Source of the DNA: an uncultured bacterium | GTDB lineage: Bacteria; Fidelibacterota; UBA2242; JAFGTP01 | NCBI GenBank assembly: GCA_964640055.1 | Contig: CAZXFH010000014.1 | Coordinates: forward strand, 1,853 to 65,852 | Length of the DNA stretch: 64,000 nucleotides | Reading direction: 5' to 3' | Shown here: positions 58,724 to 64,000 of the stretch, piece after piece | Position numbering within the stretch: the first letter of the stretch is position 1 | Layout: the number at the start of each line of letters is the position of its first letter | The notes under the pieces: model-generated | What the model was told of the DNA's origin: nothing | Database searches by the model: none | The model's input: the letters and a program-made list of their open reading frames with translations, nothing else | Translations under genes and position numbers: made by a program

Positions 58724-61700
58724 TTATCTTAACAGAACCATCTTGCTTGTCTTATGATGCTGACCGGCTTGCAGCGTATAGAAATAAATGCCACTGGCAA
58801 CCGACACACCGGCCTGATCAGTACCATCCCAGATCATTTCATAATACCCGGGATCTTTAATTTCATGAGCTATCAGTGTCTTTATTTGTTGCCCTAAACA
58901 GTTATAAACCACCAGGCGAACCCGCTCCCGGGAGGGCAGCGCAAACTGAATATGGGTTACCGGATTGAACGGATTGGGATAGTTTTGCGCCAGGCGGAAT
59001 TCTTGTGGTGTGATCCCGATGCCCAGATCATTGGCCTGACAAAAGGACTTCGTACCAGCGATCAGACGAAAATGCCGCGCAGCCCCACTACCGGAAATTG
59101 CTATTTCTTCACCGGGTTGCAGCATGCGGCCGGTTCTTTTGGCTTTATCCAGCAGCAGTAAACCAAAATTGGGCGGCAGGGATTGTTCCACAGCAAAGCA
59201 CAACTTGACCTCACTGGCGATATTGCGCTTTGCCAGGGTAAAGTCATAGTAATGACCGGTTGTACTCAGAGCTCTGAAATCACCACTGTATTTCCCCGGA
59301 ACAGTCTGCCAATCCGAGTGATCAAGATATACATTCACATATTGATCGTCGATAGCCGGCGGGTCCATCCGGTCCAGAATATCCCATTGATCAGCAGCGG
59401 CCCGACGGACACCCACCAGTGTATTTTGGTCACAATAATCACTGGCCTGAGCCTCAATCCGGATCTGCCACTCCCCTTCTGCTAAGCGGGGTGGTATTTT
59501 CTTACTGACGGATTGATTTGCTTCGCGTGGTGGAAAGCGGAGAATATTACCACCTGAGGGAGTATAGATAAAATAGCCTTTGAATTTTTCAGCCTTATCC
59601 GCCACAACCCAGCTCTTGGTTTCCGAATCATACTCATAGGCGACCAATCCCTGGACCACATTCGGACTGGCAGCATAGACACTATCCCAGGCTATGGAAA
59701 AATAAAAGGGGGTCCCGACCTGGTTCCAGCCCTCATCCAGGGACATGATAAAGTTTTCATTGGTTTTCACCGATATGCTGGTATCGATATTGATCACTTC
59801 GATTTCCTTGGTGATCAACCAGTAGGCTTTGCCCGGATCAAAGGCAAAATTGGGATTATCTGGTAATTCCACATAAGCGCCATTGATCCAGCGGAAAAGT
59901 CGGTATTGATTGATATCATATTCGCCCAGAATAGTGGTTAATAAATCACCGGCCCCGGGTTTCAAGAGTTCCGAAGGAATCGAGAACATTTCATATTTTT
60001 GGGATTGGGTGGATTTAGAAGGCAGAGCCGGAACTTTGATACGGGCCACAGCCGGCACTTGCGGCGCAGTCGCAGGTAAATACTGGGTATTGGCGCCGTC
60101 AAAGGCTTTTATGTAATATTCCACGCCCCGCCGGGTTACAAAGGCCTTGGGAATTTCGCCGGAATATTGATTGCCAGCCAGGGCCATATCCGTGGAGTCA
60201 AATAGCGCTTTGCCGCCCTGCCGGTAGAAAAGACGCGCCCCGGCGACCTGATTGTTATCACTGATGGTCGTGCTAATCGGAATGGCGTTATCTTCTTCGA
60301 TACCCACATTTTCCACATCCTCGGTATTGAAACTGATCTCCGGCGGAATATTATCAAAGCCGGTTCCTGTGACTTTTACCGTGTCGGGATGGTCATTATT
60401 AATGATGATGATTTCACCAGCATAGTCAATCGGTTCAACCGGGGCAAAAGTCACCTTAAAGTTCTTGCTCCCGGAGGGCAGAATATCATAACTCGCCGGG
60501 GTTATGGTGAGTACCGAATCAATTTCAGCGGTTTTCTTAAACTCGGATATTTTCAGGGTATCGGTTCCGGCATTTTCAATGGTCATGGTCAGGTCACTGG
60601 CGGAAAGTACGGCAACCTCCCCGAAGTTCAGATTAGAGGTCAATACAAAAATTTCCGGAAAAACACTGGAGCCATAGAGCTGCACATAATAATTGGGTAT
60701 ATCCGGATCATCATTGACGATTTTGAGACGGCCTTCATATATTATATTCTGGGTCGGATTGAAGGTAACCTGTAACTGATGAAAATTATTTGGCGCTATA
60801 GACAGATTGCTGGTAAAATCGGTGGTAAACCCATTATTATCACTGGTGATATTGGTGATATTCAGGTCTGCAGTGCCGCCATTGCGGATCGTCAGGGATT
60901 TATTTAGCGGTGCATCTGTGAGCGGTATATTGCCGAAATCCAATCGCCGGGATGAAACCAGAATATCAGGGACGGGTGTGGCGGATCCGATTCCCAGAAC
61001 ATGAACTATTTTGGGAGAATGAGGAGTATCATTACTGTGAATTGCCAGGGTGTCATCATAAATATCTGCTATACCGGGATTGAAATTAACGCTGATATCG
61101 GCCGTATCGCCCGGGCTGACCGTTTTATTGGCAGATGACAGATTGGTACTGAAATCCGCACTGGTGGGCACAATGCTGCTAATTTCCAGATCAATGGTAC
61201 CGGTATTGGTAATCTGAAGGGATTTGCTGGCCGGTGCACCGGTCTGGACAGTCCCGAAATCCAGGGTATCTGCCACGGTCACAATGTAGGGTGCAAAGGT
61301 TCCCACGCCCTGTCCGGAAACATGATACTGATAAGGTGAATCAGGGGCATTATTGGCCATCGAAATGATTTCATTATATGCCAGGGTGTCCTGGGGAGTG
61401 AATGTCAGGTTAAAATGAATACTGCCATCTATATCGATACTGTCGGTCAGGCCGCTGAAATCATGGGAAAAAACCGTGGGATCGGAAGCGGTCATATCCG
61501 AGATCCATAATTTGGCTGTGCCGGTATTGGTCAGGGTGACCGTTACAGTTTTACTAACTTCAGTAAAAATATCCACTTCACCAAAATCACAGGGACCGGC
61601 CGGATCCATACTGATTTTGGGCAGAGGAACTGCCGAGCCACTCCCGGTGACGGCAATACTTTGATTGGCATCATTGTTATTGATGACAATATCGCCGCTA

Positions 61701-63400
61701 TAATCCTTTTCTTCGGATGGTTTAAAGGTTATGGTGACCCGGATACTGTCTCCGGGACTGACCGGGCTTTGCGCCGCTGTAAAACTGGTATAGAAGTCAG
61801 CGGGTGTGGTCATACTGCTGATCTCCAGATCGGCATCACCGTTATTTTTAATAGTGATCTCTTTCTGGACCGAATCCTGGATAAACACCAGTCCGAAATC
61901 CAAAGCAGTGAGCGAGACTTCAATCACAGGTTTGACCACAATGCTGAAGGCTTTACTCTTGGTGCTGCTCCAATCGCCCCAGGAATTTTTATAGCGTACG
62001 TAAACCTTGTGATCCCCCACATCCAGTCCGGTTGAGGCCACCGTCAGTTCAATCTCACTGGCTTCTTCCAGACTATTATAGGCACCATCCAGGGCGGGTA
62101 AGGCAAGCCCATTGCCTTCACCCGGATCACTATTAAAGAAGTATTCAGCCTCAGAAATTACGGGTTGGAATTCTGCATTTACCCGGAAGAATGTGCCCCG
62201 GGCTGGTCCCCAGCGGCCTTTTGAATCCTGGGTGCGAATATAGAAATAATGGTCCCCTTCACTCAGGGAAGCTGGATCGGCTTCAATATTGAACGCTTCC
62301 TCATTTTCATCAAAAGCACCATCGACCGGGGCACTGATGGCTTGGCCATTCCCTACCCCCGGATCCGTGTCAATGAAATATTCGGCCGCGACAATATAAG
62401 CCGCTTCCTGTTCCTGATCGGTCACATAACAGGCTGCTTTGCGCGCCGGTCCCCAACCGTTAGTTTCATCATAAAAACGAACATAGATATCGTGCGATCC
62501 GCGGCTTAAATCAGCCGCACTGATATCCTGGGTCACGGTCGCCGTTCCATTCTGAACACTCACAGCCATGCTGGTGCCATTTCCAACACCAGGACCATTA
62601 TCAATAAAATATTCTGCCTGGGTGATTTCATAAGCATCCTGGGTGGTACTGGAAACCAGAAAATCATATCCCCGTGGTGGTCCCCATCCGGTGTTGGTAT
62701 CCTTGAAACGCACATAAAGTGAATGGATTCCGTCAGTTAAGGCATTCAGACTGATATCTTCAGTAACTGTAACCTGCTCTCCGGCAGTGGTGACTGTTAT
62801 CGGAGTGGTTCCATTGCTGATATCATCAATGAAATATTCGGCTGCCGTTATTTGATACTCTTGTACAGTGGTATTGGAAACCAAAAAGGTGAATCCCCGG
62901 GCCGGACCCCATCCGGAACTGTCATCTTTAAAACGCACGTACAGTGTATGGAGACCATCACTTAAACTATTCAAATCAACCGCTTCGGTCACACTCACCT
63001 GTTCACTGGCATTGGTTACAGTGATGGGCGTGGTGCCACTGCTGGCATCATCGATGAAATATTCGGCCGCACTGATTTGATAGGCAGGTGCAGATTGGCT
63101 GGATACTAAGAAAGTGGCTCCACGGGCGGGACCCCACGCTTGGTTATCATCTTGAAAGCGTACATAAATGGTATGTAAACCAGCGGTTAAACCCGGACTA
63201 AGCTGTTCACTGATGGTATACAGATTATCTGATGGGGTAACATCTATGCTGGTGCCAGCGCCACTTCCCGGATCACTGTCAATAAAATATTCTGCCTGGG
63301 TGATCTGTGACGCAAATACCATGCTTGGACAACCCCAAACAACCAGTATCAGAAACAAAGTAAAAATCACTGTATTTATGAGAATATATCGATTCCGCAT
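58724..63400 (-). CDS. Giant cell-surface adhesin-like protein: about 7 N-terminal tandem 75-aa repeats, multiple ASH/choice-of-anchor-D Ig-like domains, and a C-terminal T9SS sorting domain
   Basis: 1558 aa. It has a signal peptide and repeated 'AEYFID..PG.G.GT...V.......L..G.H..YVRF.D....WGPARG..FLVS' units. 'ITNTGTxDLEISS'-type Ig-like domains follow. The C-terminus is 'LAQNYPNPFNPVTHIQFALP...GIYFYTL'. Confidence 0.7.
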   Translation of the reverse strand: MRNRYILINTVIFTLFLILVVWGCPSMVFASQITQAEYFIDSDPGSGAGTSIDVTPSDNLYTISEQLSPGLTAGLHTIYVRFQDDNQAWGPARGATFLVSSQSAPAYQISAAEYFIDDASSGTTPITVTNASEQVSVTEAVDLNSLSDGLHTLYVRFKDDSSGWGPARGFTFLVSNTTVQEYQITAAEYFIDDISNGTTPITVTTAGEQVTVTEDISLNALTDGIHSLYVRFKDTNTGWGPPRGYDFLVSSTTQDAYEITQAEYFIDNGPGVGNGTSMAVSVQNGTATVTQDISAADLSRGSHDIYVRFYDETNGWGPARKAACYVTDQEQEAAYIVAAEYFIDTDPGVGNGQAISAPVDGAFDENEEAFNIEADPASLSEGDHYFYIRTQDSKGRWGPARGTFFRVNAEFQPVISEAEYFFNSDPGEGNGLALPALDGAYNSLEEASEIELTVASTGLDVGDHKVYVRYKNSWGDWSSTKSKAFSIVVKPVIEVSLTALDFGLVFIQDSVQKEITIKNNGDADLEISSMTTPADFYTSFTAAQSPVSPGDSIRVTITFKPSEEKDYSGDIVINNNDANQSIAVTGSGSAVPLPKISMDPAGPCDFGEVDIFTEVSKTVTVTLTNTGTAKLWISDMTASDPTVFSHDFSGLTDSIDIDGSIHFNLTFTPQDTLAYNEIISMANNAPDSPYQYHVSGQGVGTFAPYIVTVADTLDFGTVQTGAPASKSLQITNTGTIDLEISSIVPTSADFSTNLSSANKTVSPGDTADISVNFNPGIADIYDDTLAIHSNDTPHSPKIVHVLGIGSATPVPDILVSSRRLDFGNIPLTDAPLNKSLTIRNGGTADLNITNITSDNNGFTTDFTSNLSIAPNNFHQLQVTFNPTQNIIYEGRLKIVNDDPDIPNYYVQLYGSSVFPEIFVLTSNLNFGEVAVLSASDLTMTIENAGTDTLKISEFKKTAEIDSVLTITPASYDILPSGSKNFKVTFAPVEPIDYAGEIIIINNDHPDTVKVTGTGFDNIPPEISFNTEDVENVGIEEDNAIPISTTISDNNQVAGARLFYRQGGKALFDSTDMALAGNQYSGEIPKAFVTRRGVEYYIKAFDGANTQYLPATAPQVPAVARIKVPALPSKSTQSQKYEMFSIPSELLKPGAGDLLTTILGEYDINQYRLFRWINGAYVELPDNPNFAFDPGKAYWLITKEIEVINIDTSISVKTNENFIMSLDEGWNQVGTPFYFSIAWDSVYAASPNVVQGLVAYEYDSETKSWVVADKAEKFKGYFIYTPSGGNILRFPPREANQSVSKKIPPRLAEGEWQIRIEAQASDYCDQNTLVGVRRAAADQWDILDRMDPPAIDDQYVNVYLDHSDWQTVPGKYSGDFRALSTTGHYYDFTLAKRNIASEVKLCFAVEQSLPPNFGLLLLDKAKRTGRMLQPGEEIAISGSGAARHFRLIAGTKSFCQANDLGIGITPQEFRLAQNYPNPFNPVTHIQFALPSRERVRLVVYNCLGQQIKTLIAHEIKDPGYYEMIWDGTDQAGVSVASGIYFYTLQAGQHHKTSKMVLLR

Positions 63401-63430
63401 GCTATTTCTCCTTGTCAGGCCGATAGGGCT

Positions 63431-64000
63431 CTATTTCTTGATTCTGGATGATTCTCTTATATCGTCCGGATTACCTGACTGTCGATTTATTGGTGGTTTA
63501 TCTGCATCTCCGGGTTTTCGAACGGGCTGATTGGTATCAAAGTCACCGCTGTTAGGGCTATCTTTTTGGGTACTGGTTCCCGAACCGATGCGGCCGGTGG
63601 CATTAATTGTAATCGTACCGCTGGGAGAGACCGTGGAAGGAGTAACCGAGATAGAGATTACATTCGGTATCGTGGGGATGCCAAAATCTCCCATAAAGGG
63701 CCAAGGACCACCATAGATTCCCAGATCATTCAGGGAGGCATCCACATCCCGCCAATCCACATAGGGATAACCGGCATCAATATAGGTTGAAGTGGATTGC
63801 AGATGAAAATCATAATTATCATTATCTACAGATTCATGGTCGTAGGAATCACCGGAATCAAAATTTTCAAAAACGGGATCATCCGTGTAGAACGTACTTC
63901 CCTCAGGATAACTCATGGTACCATCACTGCTGTTATTAAAAAAGCCATTATAGCTGATAGTTGGATTGCCATACCGGAGATAAATCCCGCGGCCATTCAT
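63431..64000 (-). CDS. C-terminal part of a secreted protein (partial; 5' end beyond the window)
   Basis: The ORF is open to the window edge and has G/N/Y/D-rich beta-sandwich-like composition. Confidence 0.3.
   Translation of the reverse strand: MNGRGIYLRYGNPTISYNGFFNNSSDGTMSYPEGSTFYTDDPVFENFDSGDSYDHESVDNDNYDFHLQSTSTYIDAGYPYVDWRDVDASLNDLGIYGGPWPFMGDFGIPTIPNVISISVTPSTVSPSGTITINATGRIGSGTSTQKDSPNSGDFDTNQPVRKPGDADKPPINRQSGNPDDIRESSRIKK

Noticed and set aside
1-64000. CRISPR arrays, cas genes, rRNA, tmRNA / SRP RNA / RNase P RNA
   Set aside because: No regularly spaced direct repeats with unique spacers were seen. No characteristic conserved motifs of these RNAs were recognised by eye. They cannot be excluded without covariance-model searches.

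Overview
This window looks like a chromosomal segment from an FCB-superphylum-like bacterium. The evidence is a short sigma-70 of roughly 285 aa, a V/A-type ATPase operon, and many Por/T9SS-type C-terminal sorting domains carrying the motif 'QNYPNPFNP'. Overall GC is roughly 47% by eye.

Layout along the window:
- 0.1-10.4 kb, minus strand: a conserved housekeeping block, tRNA-Val(GAC)-thrS-infC-rpmI-rplT-pheS-pheT-(ZapB-like)-zapA-rny-folD-cNMP-binding protein.
- 10.5-16.8 kb: metabolic and secreted enzymes, including P5C dehydrogenase, a C69-like Ntn peptidase and a NUDIX hydrolase.
- 16.8-20.1 kb: a decayed stretch with WD40-like gene debris and a frameshifted, truncated ABC ATPase.
- 20.2-29.3 kb, minus strand: a complete V/A-type ATPase operon, (G/H)-C-I-K-F-E-A-B-D, followed by UspA and an EIIA(Ntr)-like gene.
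- 29.8-36.3 kb: a secreted metallophosphoesterase and a 1465-aa beta-helix T9SS cargo protein.
- 36.7-50.3 kb, plus strand: an outer-membrane/T9SS cargo locus. It contains a CarbopepD-type TonB-dependent-receptor-like OMP, a cargo protein with an atypical C-terminal domain, a PorV/PorQ-like barrel, two further beta-barrel OMPs, two tandem paralogous cargo genes showing a gene-conversion tract and an AT-rich mosaic segment, and a GHL10 hydrolase.
- 50.4-51.6 kb: an SGNH esterase disrupted by an in-frame TAG and a frameshift, with its T9SS sorting domain now out of frame.
- 52.2-58.6 kb: rpsU-rpoD, then cell-wall enzymes (an MltD-like lytic transglycosylase and an NlpC/P60 peptidase) and two LPP20/FlgO-like lipoproteins.
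- 58.7-63.4 kb: a 1558-aa repeat-rich T9SS adhesin.

The most notable non-genic feature is two same-orientation copies (31129-31819 and 51624-52103, minus strand) of a class C (IIC) group II intron. Each starts with GUGCG, has a domain V with a CGC triad and an AC bulge, and sits immediately after the U-tract of a rho-independent terminator. Both lack a functional maturase; one copy retains a 72-aa maturase remnant. Together they bracket the roughly 20-kb outer-membrane/T9SS locus.
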